A DNA stretch of 64,000 nt from Paracoccaceae bacterium (lineage in GTDB: Bacteria > Pseudomonadota > Alphaproteobacteria > Rhodobacterales > Rhodobacteraceae), in contig CBDETS010000007.1 in assembly GCA_965242975.1 (NCBI GenBank), positions 5,099,563 through 5,163,562 of the forward strand. The letters run 5' to 3'. Positions within the stretch are counted from its first letter, which is position 1. Every line of letters begins with the position of its first letter. Made by a program: the position numbers and the translations under genes. Below the pieces are notes generated by a model, which had not been told where the DNA came from, ran no database searches, and was given only the letters and a program-made list of their open reading frames with translations. Of this stretch, positions 26,244 to 35,153 are shown piece after piece.

Positions 26244-27281
26244 ATGGGCTGGAAGAACTACGAATTGACCGGGAACGCGAGCGGCGCATCGACGCTCGCA
26301 GAGGACAGGATCGAGACGCGGGTTGAAAGGGAATGGTTCACGCCAACTGTCGCCCGTTCGGACCTCAAGCGGTTGATGAGGCGTGCCGATTCGCCGGCGA
26401 TCTGGAATTTTGCTCTCTGGATCGGGCTGATGGCGCTCTTTGCCAGCCTGACCGTCGCGACATGGGAGTCGGGCTGGGGAATATTCTGGTTGATCGTCTA
26501 CAGCACCGTTCACCAGAGCGCCACGGCCCGGCAACATGAACTTGGCCACGGAACGCCGTTCCGGACGCGCTGGCTGAACGACGCGCTGTTTCATTTTTCG
26601 TCATTCATCACGCTTTCGGAAGGCCACTACTACCGCTGGCGGCATTCCCGGCATCACACCCACACGATCATTGTCGGAAAGGACCCGGAAATCCAGTCGC
26701 CACGGCCGCCGCGACTGGTCCTCCTGGTCGTGAACATTTTCAATCTCTCCGTGGTCGTCGCCTCCCTGCGCGACCTGGTGGAGCGGGCATCGGGAAAACT
26801 TGGATCCGGCGAGAGATTCGTGCCGTCCCCGGAACGGGGAAAGGTCATCTGGGCAGCGCGCACCTACCTGCTGATGATTGCCATGATCGCGGCCGCGTCT
26901 CTGCTGACCTGGTCGTGGCTCCCGGCTCTGCTCACGATCGGTCCGCGCGTGATCGGCGCGCCGCTCTACGCGTTCCTGCATTTCACGCAGCATGCAGGCC
27001 TGAGCGAGGATGTCTACGATCACAGGTTGAACAGCCGGACGGTTCTCATGAACCCCGTTCTCAGGTTTCTGTACCTGAATATGAATTTCCATCTGGAGCA
27101 CCACATGTTTCCGCTGGTGCCATACTACCGGCTGCCGGCGCTTCACCGTTTGATCCGGCAAGAATGCCCCCCGGCGAAGGCTGGCCTGGTCGACGCATAC
27201 CGTGAAATTATTCCCGCACTTCTCAGGCAGACGCGGGACCCGTCCTACTTCATTCGACCGACGCTTCCCGGATCCGCCTGA
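26244..27281 (+). CDS. Membrane fatty-acid desaturase family protein
   Basis: ATG at 26244 follows a GGAGAG Shine-Dalgarno. Three His boxes: HELGH, WRHSRHHTH and HLEHHMFP. Confidence 0.85.
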   Translation: MGWKNYELTGNASGASTLAEDRIETRVEREWFTPTVARSDLKRLMRRADSPAIWNFALWIGLMALFASLTVATWESGWGIFWLIVYSTVHQSATARQHELGHGTPFRTRWLNDALFHFSSFITLSEGHYYRWRHSRHHTHTIIVGKDPEIQSPRPPRLVLLVVNIFNLSVVVASLRDLVERASGKLGSGERFVPSPERGKVIWAARTYLLMIAMIAAASLLTWSWLPALLTIGPRVIGAPLYAFLHFTQHAGLSEDVYDHRLNSRTVLMNPVLRFLYLNMNFHLEHHMFPLVPYYRLPALHRLIRQECPPAKAGLVDAYREIIPALLRQTRDPSYFIRPTLPGSA

Positions 27282-27302
27282 CCGGAGGACACCGGAACCG
27301 GC

Positions 27303-28169
27303 TCACAAGCGCGGCGGCATTTCCTGGACGGGATCTTTCAGATGATGCAGCCGGTATCGGCGTGGTGTCACGCCGTAGCGGGCACGAAACAGGCGATAGA
27401 AGTGACTGAGATTCTCGATCCCGCAGTCGCGTGCGATGTTTTCGATCGACATGTCGGTACTGCCCAGCATCAGCGCCGCATATTCCATCCGCCGCTCGTT
27501 CGCGTAGGCTGACGGCGAAATGCCGAGGTGCTTGCGGGCGGTCCGGCACACGTGTTCATGGCCCCGGCCTGCCGCCTCGACGAAACCCCGGGCTCCCTTG
27601 CGGAAAACCTCGGGACGCCTGGCGGAACGGCATGCAGCCATCAGCCAGGTTGGGACCGACGGGTCATTGTCGACCGAAAAGTCGACAACCCTGATCATAA
27701 CCGACAACAGGAATTCCTCGATTCTGGCAAGGGAGTTCCTTCCGAACTTGAGTTCGCTCGCAATGTTGACCGCCCGTTCGAAACGGGGACCGGCGAGTTG
27801 AAAGGAGTCGGGTTCGGAGTGATCATGCCAAAAGAATCGTCCGCCAAATTCTTCGCGGTAACGGTCACCTATGTGGTTTGCCACGTCGCCACTGAAGATG
27901 ATGTTGATGATCTCCGCCGCCGGTTCTCCCTCCGTCGCACTCAGGGAGTGACAGTCGTCGGGGCGGATGAAGACGATGCTGCCCCGCTCGAGCAGCACGG
28001 TTCGGGACCTCAACCAGTGAACAACGGCGCCCTGCGTGACAATGAAGACCTCGAAGTAGTCATGGTCGTGCAGGAAGTGCGGGGCCTTTTCGTCGATGCG
28101 TTTCTGGGCAAAGTGGTAATGCTCGCCTTCCAACACGTAGTTCCGCAAGAGGAAGCGTCGAATGTCCAA
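27303..28169 (-). CDS. AraC-family transcriptional regulator (cupin sensor plus HTH)
   Basis: 288 aa. N-terminal cupin-like ..HFLHDHDYFEVFIV... C-terminal ..ENIARDCGIENLSHFYRLFRARYGVTPRRYR. Confidence 0.85.
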   Translation of the reverse strand: MDIRRFLLRNYVLEGEHYHFAQKRIDEKAPHFLHDHDYFEVFIVTQGAVVHWLRSRTVLLERGSIVFIRPDDCHSLSATEGEPAAEIINIIFSGDVANHIGDRYREEFGGRFFWHDHSEPDSFQLAGPRFERAVNIASELKFGRNSLARIEEFLLSVMIRVVDFSVDNDPSVPTWLMAACRSARRPEVFRKGARGFVEAAGRGHEHVCRTARKHLGISPSAYANERRMEYAALMLGSTDMSIENIARDCGIENLSHFYRLFRARYGVTPRRYRLHHLKDPVQEMPPRL

Positions 28170-28257
28170 CCCGTGTTACCTCCGGTTTGGCCTGTAGATA
28201 TCAAGAAAAGACAAGAAAAAGTCAATGAGAAGTCTTTTGTAAAGGCGGCTCTTCTGT

Positions 28258-29115
28258 ATGGTGGACAATTCACTGGCAGATGGCTCGATGCTCGAACAAC
28301 TGGACCTTGCTTTCAAGCCGGTCGCGAACACATCGCCGCGCTGGCTGACACCCGGACAACTCGAACACTATAACCGCCAGGGCTTTGTCGGTCCTGTTCA
28401 GGTTTTCGGCGCGCCGGAAATTGCGGGCATCCGCACGTATGTCGACGGACTGATGGCCGCGCACGGTCCCGACGGCGATTACGGAATCAACTGTTATCAG
28501 GCCCGGCTGGCGGGGCTGTGGGACATCGTGACCGATCCGCGCATTCTCGATCCCGTCGAAGACATCGTGGGCCCGAACATCGTTTGCTGGGCAAGTCATG
28601 TCCTGTCGAAGAGGCCATTCGACCCGAAGAAAGTCCCTTGGCACCAGGACGCCTCGTTCTGGAAACTGTCTCCAGCGCGAACGGTCACCGTCTGGCTCGC
28701 CGTCGACGATGTCGACGAAGAGAATTCGGCCATGATGTTCATCCCGGGCACCCACAGGAACGGGAGCCTCCCGATCCGGAATTCGTCCGGCGACGCCCTG
28801 TTCCACATCGAGACGGAAGGAGCGGATGACCTGGGCGAACCATACGTCAATTGCCTCGATGCGGGACAGGTTTCGCTGCACGCCGACATGCTCGTCCACG
28901 GTTCGCTCGCGAACCGGTCAGGCCGGCGCCGGTGCGGCCTGACGATCCGTTACTGTCCGCCCGATGTCCGCATCGTGGACTCTGTCTGGGCCGGTGGAGT
29001 CGAGGCCATCATTTGCCGTGGGCGTGACCCGACCGGTCACTGGCGCAATCATCCGCGTCCCGACAATGACGACATTCGCAGGACGTCGCGCCCGCTGACG
29101 GTCGGAAACAACTGA
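28258..29115 (+). CDS. Phytanoyl-CoA dioxygenase (PhyH) family Fe(II)/2-oxoglutarate oxygenase
   Basis: 285 aa: ..VPWHQDASFW...TVWLAVDDVDEENSAMMFIPGTH...LHADMLVHGSLANRSGRRRCGLTIRY. Confidence 0.85.
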   Translation: MVDNSLADGSMLEQLDLAFKPVANTSPRWLTPGQLEHYNRQGFVGPVQVFGAPEIAGIRTYVDGLMAAHGPDGDYGINCYQARLAGLWDIVTDPRILDPVEDIVGPNIVCWASHVLSKRPFDPKKVPWHQDASFWKLSPARTVTVWLAVDDVDEENSAMMFIPGTHRNGSLPIRNSSGDALFHIETEGADDLGEPYVNCLDAGQVSLHADMLVHGSLANRSGRRRCGLTIRYCPPDVRIVDSVWAGGVEAIICRGRDPTGHWRNHPRPDNDDIRRTSRPLTVGNN

Positions 29116-29384
29116 TTCAGGCAGGTGGCAGGATTCGAATGTTCAGGCGATGTCAGGGGAGTGCGGTGACCATGTGTCCCGCTTTGAGGTTCTCCGGGGC
29201 CGGATGTGGGTCCGGGTCGTTCCCCGGGCACGGAAAGTTCGGTCGGTATGCCTTGGGTGGCAAGACAAGGAATTCCGCGGTTGCGGTGCGTGGGTTCGTG
29301 CAAGGCGATGGCCTGTCGCGGAACGGTGCCCGAACCGCCAAATCGGCGTGAAGGAACGCCAGATCAGACAAGGAGGAAAACCTG

Positions 29385-31094
29385 ATGAAATCACGAATAT
29401 CTGTCCTGACGGTCGCCGCGCTGGCGATCGTGGCGGGAGGAACGGTCTGTGCTCAGGACGTCGCGCGCGAGGATACGGTCATATTCGACTCGTCGCGCCC
29501 GATGAAGGACCCGACCAATTTCAACATCTTCCGTCCTGACGAGATCCGGGATGTCGGTTTGCACCAGGCCGTACTGGAACCGCTGTTCATCCTCAACTAC
29601 AACTCCGGCGAGGTCGAGCCGTGGCTCGCCCTGAGCATGGAGCCGAACGATTCCCTCGACGTCTGGACCCTGACCCTGCGTGATGGCGTGAAATGGTCGG
29701 ACGGAGAGGCGTTCAATGCGGACGATGTCGCCTTTACCATCAACATGCTGCTTTCCGACGAGGACAAGAGCCTGCGCGATGCCGGGGGCATGCAGGCTGT
29801 GGTCGAGAGCATCGAAAAGGTCGATGACCTGACCGTTCGCTTCAACCTGAAGTCCGCGACGCCGACATTCCAGTCGGCGAATTTCTCGGTGGGGTACTTC
29901 GGCTCGGTGCTGATGATGCCCGAACACGTCTGGGCCGGCCAGGACCCGGACACCTTTGCCTTCAATCCGCCGATCGGGACCGGTCCGTACACGCTGACGA
30001 GTGCCGCGACGGATCGCCTGGTCTACGATCTCAACCCGGACTACTGGGGAGCCGAGGCGGGCTTTCAGGACCTGCCTGAGCCATCGCGGCTCGTGTGGGT
30101 GCATGCCGGGAGCGAGGAAGCACGTTCGCAGCTGATCGTGAACAACGAGCTGGATATCGCCCAGTCGGTTTCCTACGGCACGTTCGACGCGGCCCAGGCC
30201 CTGAACCCGGCCATCATCGGTTGGAGCGACGACCTGCCGGGCTGGAAAGACCTCTGCCCGCGCCAGATCGAGTTCAACGCGACCGTGGAACCGTGGGACA
30301 ACAAGAACATGCGCGAGGCCATCAACCTGCTCATCGATCGAGAGGCCATCATCAACGTGGCCTACGAGGGTGCAACCTCGGTGTCCCGCACGATGTTTGT
30401 CGAATACGGAACGATGAACCCGTATATCGACGCGATCCTGGCTGCCGGGCTGACGCTTCCCGTCAACGCCGACGCGGACGCGGCGCGCGCACTGATCGAA
30501 GCGGAAGGTTACGCGCTCAACGGCGACGGCATGTACGAAAAGGACGGCGAGCTCCTGTCCATCGACATCGTGGCCCACACGAGCGGTACCGAATCCACGA
30601 AAACCATTGATGTGATCGTCGAGCAACTGCGGCGCGCCGGTCTCGACGCGGTGACCAGGCCGGTCGAATACGGGGCTTTCTGGCAAGTCACTCCGAGGGG
30701 TGAATTCGAACTCTCGTACAGCTGGCTTTCCTGCGGCTCCGTCAACGAGCCGACGCGGTCCATGTCGCGGTACGCGAACACGCACATCATGCCGGTCGGC
30801 GAACGCATCTTCAACAATGCTGCGCGCTGGGACAACGGGGAGTACACGGAACTGGTCACCGAGATGGGATCGTTGAGCCTCGACGACCCCCGGCTCGTCG
30901 AGCTGACGGTCGCGGCCTACAGGATCCTGCACGACGAGAAACCGTTCATTCCGCTGGTGCAGGCCATCAAGATCCTCCCGACCAACACGATGTACTGGAG
31001 CGGTTGGCCCACTGCCGACAACTTCTACAACCATCCGTCGCACTGGTGGGGCCACACGCATCAGATCATTCACAATCTGACCAAGGCGAACTAG
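29385..31094 (+). CDS. ABC transporter substrate-binding protein, family 5 (Opp/Dpp/Nik type)
   Basis: 569 aa with signal peptide MKSRISVLTVAALAIVAGGTVCA, typical family-5 length, and ..GTGPYTL.. motif. Confidence 0.9.
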   Translation: MKSRISVLTVAALAIVAGGTVCAQDVAREDTVIFDSSRPMKDPTNFNIFRPDEIRDVGLHQAVLEPLFILNYNSGEVEPWLALSMEPNDSLDVWTLTLRDGVKWSDGEAFNADDVAFTINMLLSDEDKSLRDAGGMQAVVESIEKVDDLTVRFNLKSATPTFQSANFSVGYFGSVLMMPEHVWAGQDPDTFAFNPPIGTGPYTLTSAATDRLVYDLNPDYWGAEAGFQDLPEPSRLVWVHAGSEEARSQLIVNNELDIAQSVSYGTFDAAQALNPAIIGWSDDLPGWKDLCPRQIEFNATVEPWDNKNMREAINLLIDREAIINVAYEGATSVSRTMFVEYGTMNPYIDAILAAGLTLPVNADADAARALIEAEGYALNGDGMYEKDGELLSIDIVAHTSGTESTKTIDVIVEQLRRAGLDAVTRPVEYGAFWQVTPRGEFELSYSWLSCGSVNEPTRSMSRYANTHIMPVGERIFNNAARWDNGEYTELVTEMGSLSLDDPRLVELTVAAYRILHDEKPFIPLVQAIKILPTNTMYWSGWPTADNFYNHPSHWWGHTHQIIHNLTKAN

Positions 31095-31112
31095 GGTTCC
31101 GCACATACTGAC

Positions 31113-31139
31113 GGTCAAGGCGGCATTGCCGCCTTGACC
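31113..31139 (+). terminator. Intercistronic stem-loop (partial terminator or mRNA stabiliser) after the SBP gene
   Basis: GGTCAAGGCGGC-att-GCCGCCTTGACC, a 12-bp perfect stem, followed by CGCCCTTTTCC. It lies between the SBP stop (31094) and the permease ATG (31164). Confidence 0.45.
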
Positions 31140-31163
31140 CGCCCTTTTCCTGGACTCCGATTG

Positions 31164-32192
31164 ATGGCGCACTTACTCTTGGGGAGAATTCCGGTATCGT
31201 ACCTGCTGCGCCGCCTGCTCGTATTCGGACTCACGATCTGGCTGGCGGCCACGGTCATCTGGCTCGTTCCACGCCTGACACCCGGAGATCCGGTCTCCGC
31301 GATGGTCGGGCAGATGATGGAGACATCCGCCTATGTGTCCGGAGCGGAAGAGATCATCAAGGCGTGGCGGTCGCGTTTCGGCTTGGACCAGGCGCTCTGG
31401 ATCCAGTATCTTCGATACCTGTGGAACTGCCTGACGCTTGATTTCGGCTATTCGTACTCGGCGTTCCCGGCGTCCGTCGCGGACCTGATTTCCTACAAGC
31501 TTCCGTGGACGCTCGGGCTTCTCCTGCTTTCGGTAACCATGTCGTTTGTCATCGGCAACCTGCTCGGGGCGCTGATGTTCTGGTCCGGAACACCGGCCTT
31601 CGTGCGTTACCTGATCCCGGTCGGAATGATCTTCACGTCGATCCCGACGATCCTCGCCGGCCTGTTCCTGCTCTACATCTTTTCGTTCACCTTGCGGTGG
31701 TTCCCGTTGCGCGGCACCTACGACCAGAACATTCCTGCCGGCATTTCCTGGGAATTCATTGCGAGCGTCATCCATCACGGCACGCTTCCGGCCCTTTCGA
31801 TCATCCTGGTCAGCTTCGGAGCCTGGGCACTTGGCATGCGCGGCATGATGATCACGATCGAAGGAGAAGACTTCACCAATCTGGCCCGGGCCAAGGGCCT
31901 GCGTCCGATGTACCTGCTGTACCGCTACATGATCCGGAATGCGATTCTGCCCCAGGTCACGGCGTTTGCCTTCCAGATCGGAACCCTGCTGTCCGGACAG
32001 ATCCTGGTCGAGATCGTGTTCGGTTACCAGGGAATGGGGTTGCTCATCTACGACGCGATCCTCAGCCGCGACTACGCGCTCCTGCAGGGAGCGAGCTATA
32101 TCATCATCCTGATGACCGCCCTTTCGGTCCTGATCGTGGACCTGGCCTATCCACTGATCGATCCCCGCATCAGCCATCGCTCCGGGGCATGA
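31164..32192 (+). CDS. ABC transporter permease (DppB/OppB-like)
   Basis: MAHLLLGRIPVSYLLRRLLVFGLTIWLAATVIWLVPRLTPGDP... I prefer the ATG at 31164 because the TTG at 31134 lies inside the hairpin. Confidence 0.9.
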   Translation: MAHLLLGRIPVSYLLRRLLVFGLTIWLAATVIWLVPRLTPGDPVSAMVGQMMETSAYVSGAEEIIKAWRSRFGLDQALWIQYLRYLWNCLTLDFGYSYSAFPASVADLISYKLPWTLGLLLLSVTMSFVIGNLLGALMFWSGTPAFVRYLIPVGMIFTSIPTILAGLFLLYIFSFTLRWFPLRGTYDQNIPAGISWEFIASVIHHGTLPALSIILVSFGAWALGMRGMMITIEGEDFTNLARAKGLRPMYLLYRYMIRNAILPQVTAFAFQIGTLLSGQILVEIVFGYQGMGLLIYDAILSRDYALLQGASYIIILMTALSVLIVDLAYPLIDPRISHRSGA

Positions 32193-33112
32193 TCGTGGAG
32201 CGTTCGGTGCGGAATGAAGGCAGGATGGGGCGTTTCAACAAGTGGGACACGCCCTGGATAAACGCCAAGCTGCTGGCCGGTGCCGGCCTGATTCTCGTCA
32301 TCCTGTTGATGGGGCTCGTCGGGCAGGTCTTCTGGAATACCGATCTCGCCTATACGGGATCGGCTCCCCTCAATCTTCCACCTTATGGATTCGAGGGCTT
32401 GCGTGGCCGGACGGGTGTTGCCGCGCATCCCCTGGGTACCGAGAACAGTGGCCGGGACATGCTTGCGCTGATCCTGGTCGGTGCGCCGAACACGTTCCTG
32501 ATCGGGATCGTCGCAGCGACGATCGGAATGGCGGTCGGCATCGTTCTCGGTTTCAGTTCCGGATTCATCGGCGGCCTGCTCGACGACGTGGTTCGACTGC
32601 TGGCCGACATGACGATCACGATCCCCGCGCTGATGATACTCGTGGTCATCAACGCGCTGCTCCGCCAGATCGACATCATGACAATGGCCTTTCTCATCGC
32701 CCTGTTCATCTGGCCTTCTCCGACGCGCCTGATCCGCGCCCAGGTGCTCTCGATGCGCGAGGCCGGCTATGTTCGCATGGCGCGGCTGTCGGGCGCCTCG
32801 AACATTGCGATCATGTTCCGGGAAATGCTCCCGAACCTGATCCCTTATCTCTTCGCGAGCTTCATCGCGGGCACGACCGGGGCGATTCTCGCCGCCGTCG
32901 GCCTGGAAACGCTCGGCCTGGGACCGCAACGGGTTCCGACGCTGGGCGGGACCATTTACGACGCAATCAACTCGGCTGCCCTCCTCCGCAACATGTGGTG
33001 GTGGTGGCTCGCGCCGACGATCCTCCTGGCACTCATGTTCATCGGCCTGTTGTTGATCAACATCGGGCTCGACGAAGTGTCGAACCCCCGTCTTCGACGG
33101 GCGTCCCGCTAA
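32189..33112 (+). CDS. ABC transporter permease (DppC/OppC-like)
   Basis: The ATG at 32189 overlaps the previous TGA (an alternative ATG is at 32225). Hallmarks: ..HPLGTENSGRDMLALILVGA.. and the EAA-type loop ..MREAGYVRMARLSGAS... Confidence 0.9.
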   Translation: MIVERSVRNEGRMGRFNKWDTPWINAKLLAGAGLILVILLMGLVGQVFWNTDLAYTGSAPLNLPPYGFEGLRGRTGVAAHPLGTENSGRDMLALILVGAPNTFLIGIVAATIGMAVGIVLGFSSGFIGGLLDDVVRLLADMTITIPALMILVVINALLRQIDIMTMAFLIALFIWPSPTRLIRAQVLSMREAGYVRMARLSGASNIAIMFREMLPNLIPYLFASFIAGTTGAILAAVGLETLGLGPQRVPTLGGTIYDAINSAALLRNMWWWWLAPTILLALMFIGLLLINIGLDEVSNPRLRRASR

Positions 33113-33113
33113 C

Positions 33114-33986
33114 ATGCCCCCGCGAGGTACGGCGATGGCGCGCAACCGTGATTTCGAGGAGCAGGACGCGGCGGTCCGGCGGGACGGCCGTTCTCCCGTG
33201 CTTTCGGTCCGGAATCTCCGCGTTTTCTACGAGACTCCGCGCGGAGACATCCGGGCGGTCGACGGGATCGACCTGGACCTTCGGCCTGGAGAGACCCTGG
33301 GACTCGTCGGGGAATCCGGTTGTGGGAAGTCGACAGCGGTCATGGGAATCCTCGGTCTCGTCGCGCCGCCCGGCCGGATCGTGTCCGGGGAAGTCCGGCT
33401 CGACGGTGAAGACCTTCTGGCGCTGCCGGAGCCCGAGTTGCGGCGGCGGAGATGGACAAAAATGTCCCTGATCCCCCAGGGAGCGATGAATTCGCTCAAC
33501 CCGACCATGCGTGTCGGTTCCCAGATCGCCGATGTGATCGTGACCCACGAGGGCAGGACCGGGCGTTGGAAACTCGGCGACCGCATCGGGGAACTTCTCC
33601 GGATGGTGGGATTGTCAGCCGAAGTCCGCGACATGTACCCCCATCAACTGTCGGGCGGAATGAAGCAGCGTGTCTGCATCGCCATGGCCGTGGCACTCAA
33701 CGCGCGCGTGGTCATCGCCGACGAGGCGACGTCGGCTCTCGATGTCGTGGTGCAGCGTGTCGTTGCCCAGACGATGGCGCGGGTGCGGGACAGGCTGGGT
33801 GTCAGCATGATCATGATCGGGCATGACATGGGGTTGATGGCCCAGATGGCCGACCGGATCGCTGTCATGTATTCCGGCCATGTCGTGGAAGTCGCACAGG
33901 TCGACCAACTGTTCCGGCGGCCGGGACATCCCTATTCGAAAATACTGATCGATTCGGTCCCGACACTGTCCGGCGGAAGCCGCTGA
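33114..33986 (+). CDS. ABC transporter ATP-binding protein (DppD/OppD-like), C-terminal domain displaced by a frameshift
   Basis: Walker A GESGCGKST, signature LSGGMKQR and Walker B VVIADEATSALD. After ..IDSVPTL the conserved tail RRKPLKITAGITHDPRDPPEGCIFRLRCPLAIDAC...VACI continues in another frame to the TGA at 34166-34168. Confidence 0.85.
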   Translation: MPPRGTAMARNRDFEEQDAAVRRDGRSPVLSVRNLRVFYETPRGDIRAVDGIDLDLRPGETLGLVGESGCGKSTAVMGILGLVAPPGRIVSGEVRLDGEDLLALPEPELRRRRWTKMSLIPQGAMNSLNPTMRVGSQIADVIVTHEGRTGRWKLGDRIGELLRMVGLSAEVRDMYPHQLSGGMKQRVCIAMAVALNARVVIADEATSALDVVVQRVVAQTMARVRDRLGVSMIMIGHDMGLMAQMADRIAVMYSGHVVEVAQVDQLFRRPGHPYSKILIDSVPTLSGGSR

Positions 33987-34160
33987 AGATAACTGCCGGC
34001 ATCACCCACGATCCGCGCGACCCGCCCGAGGGCTGCATATTCAGACTGCGCTGTCCGCTCGCCATCGATGCCTGCAGCCAGGCGCGGCCATCGCGCCGGG
34101 AGCTTCGCACCGGCCAGGACGTCGCGTGCATACGCGCCGGGGAATCGACGGAGGTCGCCG

Positions 34161-35153
34161 GTGCCTGACCCGCTCCTGGAACTCCAAAACGTATCGAAGG
34201 TCTACGGCGACCCGGAAACCGGCGTGGTCGCGCTGCACGACTTCAGCCTGACGATCGACAGGAACAAGCCGGAGATCGTGACCGTGGCCGGCGAATCCGG
34301 GTCCGGAAAGTCGACGCTCGCCAACCTCGTTCTCGGGTTCGTCCGGCCGACGAGGGGCACGATCCGCTTCGATGGCCGGGACATCGGGGCGGCCTCGTCT
34401 GGAGACCTCCGCGACTACTACCGTGACGTTCAGGCGGTGTTCCAGGATCCGTTCAGCAGCTACAACCCGTTCTACCGGGTCGGGCACGTCTTCGACACGG
34501 TCATCCGGAATTTCGGGCTCGCCGAAAACCGGGCCAGGGCGCGCGACATGGTCGAGGACGGACTCAATGCCGTCGGCCTGAAAGGTGTCGATGTCCTCAG
34601 GAAGTACCCGCACCAGCTTTCCGGGGGCCAGCGCCAGCGCATCATGATGGCGCGTGCGTATCTCGTGAAACCCCGCCTGATCGTCGCCGATGAACCCGTG
34701 TCGATGGTCGACGTGTCGCTCAGGTCGTCGATACTCGACGTGATGACCAGGTTGAGGGACGAAGACGGGATCTCCTTCATCTACGTTACCCACGACCTGT
34801 CGACCGCTTACCAGGTCGGCGACCGCATCGTGATGTTCTACCAGGGAACACTGGTCGAAGAGGGCTGGGCTACGGAGGTACTTTCCAGTCCGAAACACCC
34901 GTACGTCCGGCTGCTGATCGACTCGGTTCCGCGGCCGGATCCCGGGGCGCGGTGGGACGGCGAGATCCGGTTGCCGGACGAGGGAACGCAGAAGACGATG
35001 CGCCTGGCCGGCTGCCGGTTCGTCCCTCGCTGTCCTTACGCGGTGACGAAGTGCTCGGAAGAACTCCCGCCGATGCACCCGGTCGGCACCAACGGTCACC
35101 GCGTGTCCTGCGTCCTTTTCGGGCCCGGGCACGACGAAGCAGGGCGACCATGA
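34161..35153 (+). CDS. ABC transporter ATP-binding protein (DppF/OppF-like)
   Basis: The GTG at 34161 follows a GGAGG Shine-Dalgarno. VPDPLLELQNVSKVYG.., Walker A GESGSGKST, signature LSGGQRQR, and C-terminal ..GCRFVPRCPYAVTKC... Confidence 0.85.
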   Translation: MPDPLLELQNVSKVYGDPETGVVALHDFSLTIDRNKPEIVTVAGESGSGKSTLANLVLGFVRPTRGTIRFDGRDIGAASSGDLRDYYRDVQAVFQDPFSSYNPFYRVGHVFDTVIRNFGLAENRARARDMVEDGLNAVGLKGVDVLRKYPHQLSGGQRQRIMMARAYLVKPRLIVADEPVSMVDVSLRSSILDVMTRLRDEDGISFIYVTHDLSTAYQVGDRIVMFYQGTLVEEGWATEVLSSPKHPYVRLLIDSVPRPDPGARWDGEIRLPDEGTQKTMRLAGCRFVPRCPYAVTKCSEELPPMHPVGTNGHRVSCVLFGPGHDEAGRP

